A stretch of DNA of 64,000 bases from Chloroflexota bacterium (lineage in GTDB: Bacteria > Chloroflexota > UBA11872 > VXOZ01). Each line of letters opens with the position of its first letter. Position 1 is the stretch's first letter. Below, piece by piece: positions 9,979 through 21,718 of the stretch. A program made the position numbers and the translations under genes. Under the pieces are notes generated by a model. The model did no database searches, had not been told where the DNA came from, and saw only the letters and a list, made by a program, of their open reading frames with translations. The stretch is from positions 352,001 to 416,000 of the forward strand of contig CAXXVD010000002.1 in the NCBI GenBank assembly GCA_963662335.2. Reading direction: 5' to 3'.

Positions 9979-10257
9979 GCGGGGGACAAGCCCCCGCGCT
10001 ACGGTTTGACGGTTCAGGCTCAGTGGGAATGGGGATTACGTGCGCTGGGAGTTCGTTGAAGAGGCGGGGGACAAGCCCCCGCGCTACGGTTTGACGGTTC
10101 AGGCTCAGTGGGAATGGGGATTACGCGCGTCGGGGTTTCGTTGAAGAGGCGGGGGACAAGCCCCCGCGCTACGGTTTGACGGTTCAGGCTCAGTGGGAAT
10201 GGGGATTACGCGCGTCGGGGTTTCGTTGAAGAGGCGGGGGACAAGCCCCCGCGCTAC
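9979..10257. repeat. 85-bp tandem array (3 units plus a terminal REP) built on the GTAG-type REP GTAGCGCGGGGGCTTGTCCCCCGC
   Basis: REP copies start at 9979, 10064, 10149 and 10234. The linkers are identical or nearly so. Confidence 0.95.
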
Positions 10258-10333
10258 GGCGTGATCGTTCAGGTGGTCTGGGCGCGTCCGGCCCGGCTCA
10301 CGCGGCAGGCGCATCAGGGGTAGAATAGAAGAA

Positions 10334-11971
10334 GTGAGACTCCCCCGCCGGTTGATTCTCAGAAACGAGCGTATTCGCATGGACGTACCACCGCCGAGAG
10401 GCAATGCGCGGTCTGCCGGCGCGCTTGCGCGTGGCGCGCGGGCCGTGCATGGGGTTGTTGCGCTCGCGGCGGCGCTTTGCCTGCTCGCGCCGTGCGTGCC
10501 GTTGCACGCGGCGGACGCCACGCCTGAAGAGCAGGCAATCGCGCGGCTCAATGAGTTGCGCGCCCATGCGCAGGCGCCGCCGGTGCGGGCCGACCCGGCT
10601 TTGCGGCGGGCGGCGGAGTCCCACGCGGCGTACTACGCGCTGCATGGCTTCAGCGGGCACCGGCAGGAGCCGACGAGGCCCGGCTTTAGCGGGGTGACGC
10701 CCGCGGATCGCCTGCGCGCCGCCGGGTTCGCCGGCGCGTGCAGCGGCGAGTCGGCTACCACCATCGCCGCCGAGCCGGTGGCGGCGGTGGATTCCCTGGT
10801 AAACAGCGTCTATCACCGCACCGTCATGCTCCATCCGGCGCTGACGCTGGTGGGCTTCGGCCAGAGCGCGGGCGGCAGCGTCTTCGTCTTTGGCGGTTGC
10901 CTGAACGGCCTGCCGGAGGTGAACCGCCTCCACGTCTATCCCGGGGCGGGCCAGACCGGCGTGCCCCACAGTTTCTTGCCCCGCAGCGAGCGCCCCAACC
11001 CGCTGCCGGACGCGGCCGGCTACGTCGGCAGTCCCATTAGCATCGGCCTCGCGCCGTGGGCGGACGCGCCGCCTGAGATCATTGAAGTACGGATCTTCGA
11101 CCAGGCCGGGGTGTCATTGCCGCACCGCCGCGTGGACGACGGCGGCTGGGCGTACTTCATGACGCTGCTGCCGCTGGGCGCGGGCCAGACCCACACGGTG
11201 CGCGTGGTGGGCGCAACCGACGACGGCGCGGAGACGTTTGCCCGCGCCTGGTCGTTCACCACGCAATCCGCCTTCCTGCCGCGCACGCTGCGCCTGCGCT
11301 TCACCCAGGGCCCGCCGCGCCTCCTCAGCGAGTACGTGACGGACGACGTCGCCTGCTACGGCCAGACCGTCGATTCCGCCGCGCCCACGCTTAACGGCAA
11401 CGCGCTGCTCCTGCCCTGCTACGACGTGGCGGACGACCCGGCGGCGTACGGCGGCGTGCCCTTCCTCACCGGGTTCGAGCAGCTTGGGGGCGTCGCGGCG
11501 CTGGGCTATCCGCTCACGCGGGCCATTACCTATGAAGGCAAGCCGACGCAGTTCTTCCAGAAGGGCGTGTTGCAGTGGCAGCCGCGGATGCAGACGTTTA
11601 CGTTCCTCGCGGTCTTCGACATTCTCAGCGAGCGGGGATACGACGCGGCGCTGGCCGCCGACTACCTGATCCCGCCGCCGGCCGACACCGCCGCCGAGGT
11701 GGGGCTGACGTGGGATGAGATCGTTGCCCGCCGCGTCGCCATGATGGCGCAAGCGCCGCCGCTTGCCGCCTACGTATTGAATACGCCGCGCTGGCTGGAG
11801 CGCTACGGCCTGCCGGTGAGCGTCCAGGACTACGGCGACGTGGTCGTCCTCCGCGCCCAGCGGGCGGCGTTTCAGTGGTGGCGCGTGGATACGGCCTTTG
11901 CCCGCGCCGGAACCGTCACCGTGGTGAACAGCGGGGAGATTGCCAAAGCGCTCCGCGGGCTGGCGCAGTGA
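10334..11971 (+). CDS. Secreted CAP/SCP-domain protein with a C-terminal LGFP-like (Chloroflexi-type) domain
   Basis: Signal-like segment; LNELRA...AAESHA.Y...H...GES...SVYHR..ML CAP motifs; FEQLGGVAALGYPLT...TQFFQKGVLQW. Start uncertain. Confidence 0.75.
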   Translation: MRLPRRLILRNERIRMDVPPPRGNARSAGALARGARAVHGVVALAAALCLLAPCVPLHAADATPEEQAIARLNELRAHAQAPPVRADPALRRAAESHAAYYALHGFSGHRQEPTRPGFSGVTPADRLRAAGFAGACSGESATTIAAEPVAAVDSLVNSVYHRTVMLHPALTLVGFGQSAGGSVFVFGGCLNGLPEVNRLHVYPGAGQTGVPHSFLPRSERPNPLPDAAGYVGSPISIGLAPWADAPPEIIEVRIFDQAGVSLPHRRVDDGGWAYFMTLLPLGAGQTHTVRVVGATDDGAETFARAWSFTTQSAFLPRTLRLRFTQGPPRLLSEYVTDDVACYGQTVDSAAPTLNGNALLLPCYDVADDPAAYGGVPFLTGFEQLGGVAALGYPLTRAITYEGKPTQFFQKGVLQWQPRMQTFTFLAVFDILSERGYDAALAADYLIPPPADTAAEVGLTWDEIVARRVAMMAQAPPLAAYVLNTPRWLERYGLPVSVQDYGDVVVLRAQRAAFQWWRVDTAFARAGTVTVVNSGEIAKALRGLAQ

Positions 11972-12073
11972 GGCGCGGCCGGCCGGCGGTTTGAAGCCGA
12001 CGCTATCCGTTCGGTACACTGGACTCTGTGAGCGCCGCGACCGGACGCCGCGCCCCCACAGAACCCGGAACGC

Positions 12074-12748
12074 ATGATATTCGACTTTCATTCCCATACG
12101 TTTCTCAGCGACGGCGTGCTCTCGCCGGCGGAGCTCGTGCAGCGCGCGGTTGCCGCCGGCTACCGGGCGATAGCGATCACGGATCACGTGGGTTTCGCCA
12201 ATTACCAGTACGTGTGCGAAGCCTTGCGGCGCGAGTGTGAGGTCGTCGAGCGCGAGTTGGCGATTACGGCGCTCGCCGGCGTGGAGATTACCCACGTCGC
12301 GCCGCGGGCGCTCGGCGCGCTGGCGGAGCGCTGCAAGGCGGCCGGCGCGCAGGTGGTGGCGGTGCACGGCGAGACGATCACGGAACCGGTGCCGCCGGGC
12401 ACGAACGCCGCGGCGGCGGAATGCGGCGCGGTTGACGTGCTGGCGCACCCTGGCCTGCTCACGGCGGCGGACGCCGGCGCGGGACACGCGCGCGGCCTGT
12501 TCTTCGAACTCAGCGCGCGCAAGGGGCACAGCGCTGCCAACGGCCGGGTGGCGCGGATCTGCCGGGAGGTGGGCGCGAGAATGCTCGTGAACAGCGACGC
12601 GCACGCCCCGGATGACCTCCTGACGGCCGGGCGGGTGGAAAAGATAATCCTGGGCGCGGGACTCGACCCCGCGCACGTAGACGCCATCCGGCGGGAGAAC
12701 CCGGCCGCGCTGCTGCGGCGGTGCGGCGTCTCGCCCGACACGAAGTAG
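12074..12748 (+). CDS. PHP-family phosphoesterase (histidinol phosphatase domain-like)
   Basis: DFHSHTFLSDG, ITDH, GVEITH, VHGET, LAHPG, NSDAH. Confidence 0.88.
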   Translation: MIFDFHSHTFLSDGVLSPAELVQRAVAAGYRAIAITDHVGFANYQYVCEALRRECEVVERELAITALAGVEITHVAPRALGALAERCKAAGAQVVAVHGETITEPVPPGTNAAAAECGAVDVLAHPGLLTAADAGAGHARGLFFELSARKGHSAANGRVARICREVGARMLVNSDAHAPDDLLTAGRVEKIILGAGLDPAHVDAIRRENPAALLRRCGVSPDTK

Positions 12749-12773
12749 CAAAGCGAGGACAAGAGAGCAAACA

Positions 12774-15245
<2,472 letters not shown>

Positions 15246-15320
15246 CGTGGCGCCGGCCGCCACCGGCCGCAGGCGCGCGCCGCTTGCCACGATTTAACGC
15301 GCAGAGAAAGGAATCCTAGC

Positions 15321-15938
15321 GTGCTCAATGAAAACTGTCTCTGGTTGATAGACGGCGGCTACATCTTCAATGCGCAGCGGTCGCTTGGTGTGGACTATGC
15401 CGTGGACTACCTCAAACTCCGCACGAAGATCGAGCAGAGTTCCACGATTTGGCGCGCCTACTACCTCAATTCCATTCCAAATTCGCCATCGGAAGGGCAG
15501 AACAGCTTTCACAATTGGCTGGAGTCCGGGCCGCCGAAAGGCCCCAAGATCATCACGCAACTCTATGAGCTCAAGACGATCAGGGCCGACTCCGCCTACT
15601 GCGAAGACTGCGAGGGCAAGATCCGGCTCACCTGCCCGCACGGCAGCTACCATCACATCGTGCGGGAGCAGCAAAAGGGCGTGGACGTGGGACTGGCCAC
15701 GCTGGCGCTTACGCACCTTGACAAATATGAGACGCTGCTGCTCTCCTCAGGCGACAGCGACCTGCTGCCCGCCGTTGAGTTCCTCTCCGAGCGCGGCAAG
15801 CGCATCGTGCTCGTGGTCTTTCAAGAAGGGGTCTCCACGAAACTCCAGTGCCGCGCCGACGAAATCCTCTGGGTGGATGACTTCGCCGGGGAAGTCCAGC
15901 GGGAAGCGCGCGACTCCTACGCCAGCCTTCACACGTAG
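15321..15938 (+). CDS. NYN (LabA/DUF88, PIN-like) domain protein
   Basis: LIDGGY, QKGVDVGLA, LSSGDSDLLP, with a CxxC...C..H insert. Confidence 0.88.
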   Translation: MLNENCLWLIDGGYIFNAQRSLGVDYAVDYLKLRTKIEQSSTIWRAYYLNSIPNSPSEGQNSFHNWLESGPPKGPKIITQLYELKTIRADSAYCEDCEGKIRLTCPHGSYHHIVREQQKGVDVGLATLALTHLDKYETLLLSSGDSDLLPAVEFLSERGKRIVLVVFQEGVSTKLQCRADEILWVDDFAGEVQREARDSYASLHT

Positions 15939-17068
15939 TGCCGCAGCGTGTTTGCGACGCGCTTGAAGACGTGGATGGCCCGCTGCGCCCCCTGGTGCTT
16001 GCCCGCCGTGCCGTTGTTGATTTCGTAGAAGGCGTGGGGCACGTTGAGGCGCTTGGCGAACTGGTAGCAGAGCGTGTTGGGTTGATGGATGCTGGGGCGC
16101 TCGTGGGTTGACGGGCCGTCGGTCTCCAGGCGCATGGTGTCGCAAATGGCGGCGTAGCGTTCACGCTGCGCGGGATCGCTGAAGAGGCCGTAGTCCGCGA
16201 CCTCGTACCAGCCGTCGTAGGGAAACTCGCTGTTCAGCCGCCAGCCGGTGTAGCAGTGGAAGTTCAACCAGAGCGCCGGCCTCTCCGTTTCCACCCATTG
16301 CCACAGCAGGCGGCTCTCGTGGGCCTCCGGCAAGGCGGCGTCGGGAGTCTCCCCAAACGCCTGGTACATGTCATAGCCCTCGGCGTTGAAGGCGTTGCGG
16401 CCGAGTACGTTGCCGTCCGGGTTCACCGTGGGCACGACGAACACGTCGAGTTGCTCACGCAACGCCGCGGCCGCCGGCAAGAGCGAGGTGATGAAGTCGC
16501 CAATGCCCAGCACGCCCCAGACGCCGGCGTGCTCGTGGGGGTGCTGGCCGGCCACGCAGAAGAGCTTCGGCTTGCCCGGCGTGCCGGCGCGCAGGCCCAG
16601 GATTTCACGGCCTTGCACGGTCGTTCCTACGCTGAAGAGGTCGCAGCGGCCGGGCCGCTCCACCGCGAAGTGGCGCAGGGAGGCGGCAACCTCGCTGTAC
16701 GGCGCAACGTACGTCATGGCCACCCGCACGCGCTGGTCGGCCTCCACGGGCACGGTGAATACCGCGTGGTCGCGTTCGCACGGCGGCGGCGCGCTGGGCA
16801 GCGGGCGGTAGCGGTGGAAATCCACCGGCTTGAACCAGACGGTGGTGGGAAAGAGCGAGTGAAAGCCGGTCGGGCCGCCGAACTTGGCGTCTTCCCAGAG
16901 TTCGATTGTCACGTCCGCCGCCGGCCCCTCGTTGACCACGTCGAAGCAGAAGTAGCCGCAGTAGCCGCTCTGCTTGTCCCCGTCCACCTGCAAGCGAAAG
17001 CGGTCCGCCGCCGTCTGCTCGATTTCCTTGCCGTTGCCGCACTCCACGTCGCTGGTTAGGCGGATCAC
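15929..17068 (-). CDS. M14 family zinc carboxypeptidase-like protein
   Basis: GQHPHE, VNPDG..GRN and NFH. GTG start at 17068 has an AGGAGA RBS. Confidence 0.85.
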   Translation of the reverse strand: MIRLTSDVECGNGKEIEQTAADRFRLQVDGDKQSGYCGYFCFDVVNEGPAADVTIELWEDAKFGGPTGFHSLFPTTVWFKPVDFHRYRPLPSAPPPCERDHAVFTVPVEADQRVRVAMTYVAPYSEVAASLRHFAVERPGRCDLFSVGTTVQGREILGLRAGTPGKPKLFCVAGQHPHEHAGVWGVLGIGDFITSLLPAAAALREQLDVFVVPTVNPDGNVLGRNAFNAEGYDMYQAFGETPDAALPEAHESRLLWQWVETERPALWLNFHCYTGWRLNSEFPYDGWYEVADYGLFSDPAQRERYAAICDTMRLETDGPSTHERPSIHQPNTLCYQFAKRLNVPHAFYEINNGTAGKHQGAQRAIHVFKRVANTLRHYV

Positions 17069-17371
17069 TTGGACTCTCCTTGAGAATAACTTGCTCGGTT
17101 GCGCTCGCTCTCGACCCGTAATCGTGGCGTCACCAGTGTACGCCATCCGGTGGGCAGACAACTAGCGTTGGCGGTGTTCGCAACCGCCGGCTGCCGCTCG
17201 CGCGCCACGCGCGAGTCGGCCTCCCGCAGTGTGCCGCCACCGCCGGCCATGCTACTATCAAGCTGGCATGGCTGCGCGGCGCGGCGGCAGAGCACTGGCA
17301 GGCGCGAGCGCGGCGGCAGAGCGCGCAGATGCGCGCAGCGGCAACCGGCGCCGCGAAAGGGGAAGCCAGAG

Positions 17372-18049
17372 ATGCGCTTCGACGAACCCGCCCGGAAAGA
17401 GGACAACTCCGTCTTCGCCATCGACCACATCCAGAACCCAAACCGGCTGTGGGCGCTGCCGGTGATCGGCGGCGTGACGAAGCACATTGTCTTGCTGCCG
17501 GTAGCGTTCTGGCTGCTCGTCGTGCTCTGGGCCGCGTTCGGCCTCAGCGTCATCAACAGTTTCGTCGTCTACTTCACGGGCGCGTACTGGCGGCCGGCCT
17601 ATGCGCTGGCCCTGGGTTCCATGCGGCTCACGGCTAAGGCCAACTGCTTCTTCCTGGGCCTCAGCGACCGGTATCCCGGGTTTTCACTGGACTCTGGCTC
17701 TGAGATCAGGCTGGAGATGCCAATGCCTGCACGGCCAAACCGCCTGCTCGCGGCGCCGCTGGCCGGCGGCCTCTTCCGGTTCGCCGTGCTCGTGCCCTGC
17801 TTCATCTACATGTTCGTCATGGGGCTGCTGGTCTATCTCCTGTTCTGGCTCACGTGGATCCCCGTGCTGCTACTCGGGCAGTACCCGGAAGGCCTCTTCA
17901 ACGTGATGGTGTACTACCAGCGGCTCCGGCTGCGGGTGTCCGCCTATACGTTTGGGCTGTCGGACAGCTATCCGCTGTTCGATGACGGTCTTGGGCCGGA
18001 CGAGTGGGGCCCGGGGCGGCACGATCGGGTATTCCGGCCTCTACCTTGA
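17372..18049 (+). CDS. DUF4389-like membrane protein (two repeats)
   Basis: Twice-repeated PNR..A.P..GG / TM / GLSD.YP.F pattern. Confidence 0.75.
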   Translation: MRFDEPARKEDNSVFAIDHIQNPNRLWALPVIGGVTKHIVLLPVAFWLLVVLWAAFGLSVINSFVVYFTGAYWRPAYALALGSMRLTAKANCFFLGLSDRYPGFSLDSGSEIRLEMPMPARPNRLLAAPLAGGLFRFAVLVPCFIYMFVMGLLVYLLFWLTWIPVLLLGQYPEGLFNVMVYYQRLRLRVSAYTFGLSDSYPLFDDGLGPDEWGPGRHDRVFRPLP

Positions 18050-18089
18050 AATTTTGTGCTCAGATGAAGTCCTAGAACGGCGCACACCC

Positions 18090-19286
18090 ATGCTTGCTCT
18101 TGATAGGATGGACGGCGCGGCCCTGGGGCGCTATCTCGCGGCGCGGGGCGCGCTTGATTCCGACGCGCCGGTTGCGGTGAATCCGCTGGACGGCGGCGTC
18201 TCGAACATCGTGCTGCGGGTGACGACTCCCACGCGATGCCTGGTGCTCAAGCAGGCACTGCCGGAACTGCGGGTTGCGGCGTACTGGCCCTCCCGCGTCG
18301 ACCGCGCCCTGCGCGAGGCGGAGGCGCTGCGCGTCGCGGCGGCGCATCTGCCGCCCGGCACGGTGCCGGACGTGCGCTTCATCGATGAGGAGAACTTCAT
18401 CTACGGCATGTCGTGCGCGCCCGCAACGGCCACACTCTGGAAGGAAGACCTGCTGGCCGGGCAGGTGGAGACGCCGGTGGCCGCGGCGGCGGGCCGCCTG
18501 CTGGCGCAATTGCACGACATCCAGGAACCGGCGGTGCGAGAGCGCTTCAGCGACGACGAGGTCTTCTGGCAACTGCGCGTCGATCCCTACTACAACACGA
18601 CGGCGGACGCGCACCCGTCCCTGCGCCCGGTCTTTGCGCGGGCGATCGCCCACATGCAGGCGCGCAAGACCGCGCTGGTGCACGGGGACTATAGTCCGAA
18701 GAATATGTTCGTCGTGCACGAGAAGATGGATTCCCGCGCACGCGGGAATGGCGATGAGAGCGCGCCGCCACGCGGCCTTGCCGGGGAGCGTGATGAGGAA
18801 CGCGGAAATCTGGAACGGAGTACGTGCGCGGCACCGCCAACCGCAGGTTGCAAACCTGCGCTACCGGAGGAAGCCGGCTATCCGCCCAGTAGCAGCAAGC
18901 GGAGCGCTCGCTCCATCCTGCTGCTCGACTTCGAGGTGGTGCACTGGGGCGACCCGGCGTTCGATCTGGCCTTCTGCGTCAACCATCTGCTCATCAAGTC
19001 CATCGTCAACGCGCACGCGCAGGCGGCGTACTTCCAGGCGGTAACGGCGCTGCTGGCGGGCTATCGCGACGCGCTGCCGGGCGTGGATTGGGCGGAGTTA
19101 GAGGCCGAAACGCGCTTGCAACTTGGCTGCCTGATGCTGGCGCGCATCGACGGCAAGTCGCCGGTGGAGTACATTACGGATGAGCCGACCAAGGAGACGG
19201 TGCGGCGGGTGAGCCGCTTTGTCTTGCGGGAGCAGCCGGGGATGGACGACGTGTACGCGCGCATTGCCGGAGAGACGGCGCCGTGA
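18090..19286 (+). CDS. APH / 5-methylthioribose-kinase-like phosphotransferase with an in-frame repeat-derived insertion
   Basis: GGVSN, VLKQA, QLRVDPY, HGDYSPKN, LLDFEV..GDPAFD and LARIDGKSPVEY. Confidence 0.85.
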   Translation: MLALDRMDGAALGRYLAARGALDSDAPVAVNPLDGGVSNIVLRVTTPTRCLVLKQALPELRVAAYWPSRVDRALREAEALRVAAAHLPPGTVPDVRFIDEENFIYGMSCAPATATLWKEDLLAGQVETPVAAAAGRLLAQLHDIQEPAVRERFSDDEVFWQLRVDPYYNTTADAHPSLRPVFARAIAHMQARKTALVHGDYSPKNMFVVHEKMDSRARGNGDESAPPRGLAGERDEERGNLERSTCAAPPTAGCKPALPEEAGYPPSSSKRSARSILLLDFEVVHWGDPAFDLAFCVNHLLIKSIVNAHAQAAYFQAVTALLAGYRDALPGVDWAELEAETRLQLGCLMLARIDGKSPVEYITDEPTKETVRRVSRFVLREQPGMDDVYARIAGETAP

Positions 19287-19305
19287 TGCGGGCGGACGAT
19301 TTGCC

Positions 19306-19690
19306 CGTCATTCCCGTAAAAGCGCACGCACATCTCTCCGTTCGCGCTGAGGGCTGCGCCAAGCCCCTGTCGAAGTATGAACGGAGAGATGTGCGTGCGG
19401 AGTGGCCAAACGCTCAATCCGCCGTTCACCCTTCGACGGTTGCTCAAGGCGAACGGCTCAGTTGCGGCTACTTTCAGAGTAGTGACGGAAACAGGGACGG
19501 GAAATACCATGGCCTTGCTCAGGCCATGCAAGGAAATGAAAACGCACGCACCTCTCTCCGTTCGTGCTGAGCTTGTCGAAGCATTAACGGGGAGATGTGC
19601 GTGCGGAGTGGCCAAACGCTCAATCCGCCGTTCACCCTTCGACGCCGCTCAGGGCGAACGGCTTGGTTGGCTATTTTCACGGGAATGACG
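19306..19690. mobile_element. Composite MITE-like palindromic element
   Basis: Terminal inverted repeats CGTCATTCCCGT(A)AAA ... TTTTCACGGGAATGACG enclose two direct copies of an approximately 130-bp module made of CCGTTCG..CTGAG..TGTCGAAG hairpins. Confidence 0.7.
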
Positions 19691-19712
19691 GAGTCAAGGC
19701 GGGGATGATGGT

Positions 19713-21029
19713 ATGAGGAACCGTAGTTCAATAGCGCGCGTACACGCCCGGGAGGTGCTGGATTCGCGGGGCGTGCCCACGGTGGAGGTGGACGTCACCC
19801 TGGCCGGCGGCGCGCGGGGGCGGGCAATCGTGCCCGCGGGCGCATCCACCGGACGGCACGAGGCGCGGGAGTTTCGTGACGGCGATCCCGGCCGCTATCA
19901 GGGCAAGGGCGTACGCCACGCCGTCCGTCACGTCAACGAGGTATTGGGCCCGGCGGTCGCGGGCGTGGACGCCGCGCGCCAGCACGCCGTGGACGCCATC
20001 CTGCCGGCAACCGACGGCACGCCCAATCTTGCCCGCCTGGGCGGCAACGCCGCGCTCGGCGTCTCGCTGGCCGTCGCCCACGCGGCGGCGGCGCACTTCG
20101 GCCTGCCGCTCTACCGCTATCTGGGCGGCAGCCAGGCGCGGGAGTTGCCCGTGCCCATGGTGAACATCCTCAGCGGCGGCCTGCACGCGCGCGGCATCGT
20201 CGATTTTCAAGATTTCCTGCTCATTCCGCTCAGCCCGCGGCGCTTCGGCGACGCGCTGGTAATGGTGCGCAACGTCTACCACGCCATGGGCGAAATCCTG
20301 ACGGCGCGCGGCGCGAGCACCCTGGTTGCGGACGAAGGGGGTTTGACGCCCCCTGCCAGCGGTAACGGCGGCAAAGACGGCGCGAACGAGGCCGCCGTGC
20401 AACTCCTGGTTGAGGCGCTCGCAGCGGCCGGCTACCGCCCCGGCGCGGACGCGGCCATTGGCCTGGACGTGGCGGCAAGCCACTTCTACCAGGATGGCGC
20501 TTACCACCTGCGCGCGGAAGGCCGCACACTCGCGGGCAATGAGATGGTCGATCTGCTCGCGCGCTGGGTGCGGGACTATCCCATTATCTCGATAGAGGAC
20601 GGCTTGGCGGAGGACGATTGGGAGAACTGGCAGGCGCTCACGGCGCGGGTGGGCGACCGCGCGCAACTCATTGGCGACGACCTTTTCGTCACCAACGCGG
20701 AGCGGCTGCGCGCAGGAATTATGAAAGACGCGGCCAACGCGGTGCTGGTCAAGGTGAACCAGGTCGGCACGCTCACCGCCGCCGTGGAGACGCTGCGCCT
20801 GGCCCGCGCCCACGGCTACCTGCCCGTGGTCTCGGCCCGCTCCGGCGAGACCGAGGACGCCACCATTGCCGACCTGGCCGTGGCAACCGGCGCCGGCCAG
20901 ATCAAGATCGGCTCCATCACCCGCTCGGAACGCCTGGCCAAGTACAACCAACTGCTGCGCATCGAGGAAGAACTGGGTGCGCACGGCGTCTACCGCGGGC
21001 GCGATGTCTTTGGCCGGTTTGTGCGCTAG
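19713..21029 (+). CDS. eno: Enolase (phosphopyruvate hydratase) homolog with atypical active site
   Basis: AREVLDSRG, GASTG, DEGG, EDG, GDDLFVTN, KVNQ, RSGETED and KYNQLLRIEE are present, but the protein has QDF and SARS instead of QEF and SHRS. Confidence 0.85.
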   Translation: MRNRSSIARVHAREVLDSRGVPTVEVDVTLAGGARGRAIVPAGASTGRHEAREFRDGDPGRYQGKGVRHAVRHVNEVLGPAVAGVDAARQHAVDAILPATDGTPNLARLGGNAALGVSLAVAHAAAAHFGLPLYRYLGGSQARELPVPMVNILSGGLHARGIVDFQDFLLIPLSPRRFGDALVMVRNVYHAMGEILTARGASTLVADEGGLTPPASGNGGKDGANEAAVQLLVEALAAAGYRPGADAAIGLDVAASHFYQDGAYHLRAEGRTLAGNEMVDLLARWVRDYPIISIEDGLAEDDWENWQALTARVGDRAQLIGDDLFVTNAERLRAGIMKDAANAVLVKVNQVGTLTAAVETLRLARAHGYLPVVSARSGETEDATIADLAVATGAGQIKIGSITRSERLAKYNQLLRIEEELGAHGVYRGRDVFGRFVR

Positions 21030-21058
21030 ACGAAACGCAGCGCCGCCTGTCCATCCTT

Positions 21059-21510
21059 TCATTCCAGACGAAGCACAGCGCGCCGCAATCCAACCCGTCA
21101 TTTCCAACGAAGCGCCTTCTCGCGGCTATCCCCCACTGTCATTCCGAGCGCAGCATAGTTTCGGCGTTGCCGACTGCGTATCGCCGGGCGCAGCGCCTTC
21201 ACGCGGCAATCCTTACTGTCATTCCGAAGGAAGCGCTGCGAAGTGAGGAATCTAGTGCGCTGGCGGTCAATAGTCTCGCCGCGCCTGGACCCTAGATTCC
21301 TCGCTGCGCTCGGAATGACAGGCTACGCTCGGAATGACAGGCTACGCTCGGAATGACAGGCTGCGCTCGGAATGACGGGCTGCGCTCGGAATGACGGGCT
21401 GCGCTCGGAATGACAGGCTGCGCTCGGAATGACGGGCTGCGCTCGGAATGACAGGCTACGCTCGGAATGACAGGCTGCGCTCGGAATGACGGGCTGCGCT
21501 CGGAATGACA
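21059..21510. repeat. TGTCATTCCGAGCG..GGAATCT / AGATTCCTCGCTGCGCTCGGAATGACA palindromic element with an 11x 19-bp tandem expansion
   Basis: GCT(G/A)CGCTCGGAATGAC(A/G)G occurs 11 times from 21303 to 21510. Degenerate left-arm copies lie at about 21059, 21097, 21137 and 21217. Confidence 0.92.
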
Positions 21511-21597
21511 TCCAACTGCAGCACTTGTGCGGAGGGGACGATTTGTACCGCCGAGGCCGGGCGCCGGCGCGATGGCGCGCAGACCGCGTATCGGCAC

Positions 21598-21633
21598 TAA
21601 AAGGAGAGGGACGCGCAGTCGCGCGTCCCTCTT
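21598..21633 (-). terminator. Rho-independent terminator downstream of the ABC transporter operon
   Basis: GAGGGACGCGC-4nt-GCGCGTCCCTC stem followed on the minus strand by TCCTTTT. Confidence 0.7.
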
Positions 21634-21718
21634 AGCCTTCGTCTAATGTCAGCATTCCGGCCCGCTCGAGAAGAACTCTATCCTGCCAGCGGTGGAACGC
21701 TTACGACTTGCCGGCGGT

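Noticed and set aside
9979-10257. CRISPR-like repeat-spacer appearance (also 40957-41411 and 21303-21510)
   Set aside because: The spacers are identical or absent, the repeat is a dispersed REP, and no cas genes are present.
19283-19731. Small ORFs over repeat mosaics (also 21292-21597, 28048-28427, 39681-40245, 41190-41769, 50181-50765, 61565-61966)
   Set aside because: Translations of palindromic repeats (PFALSLSK, RGTSPRAT, CHSERS) with no independent coding evidence.
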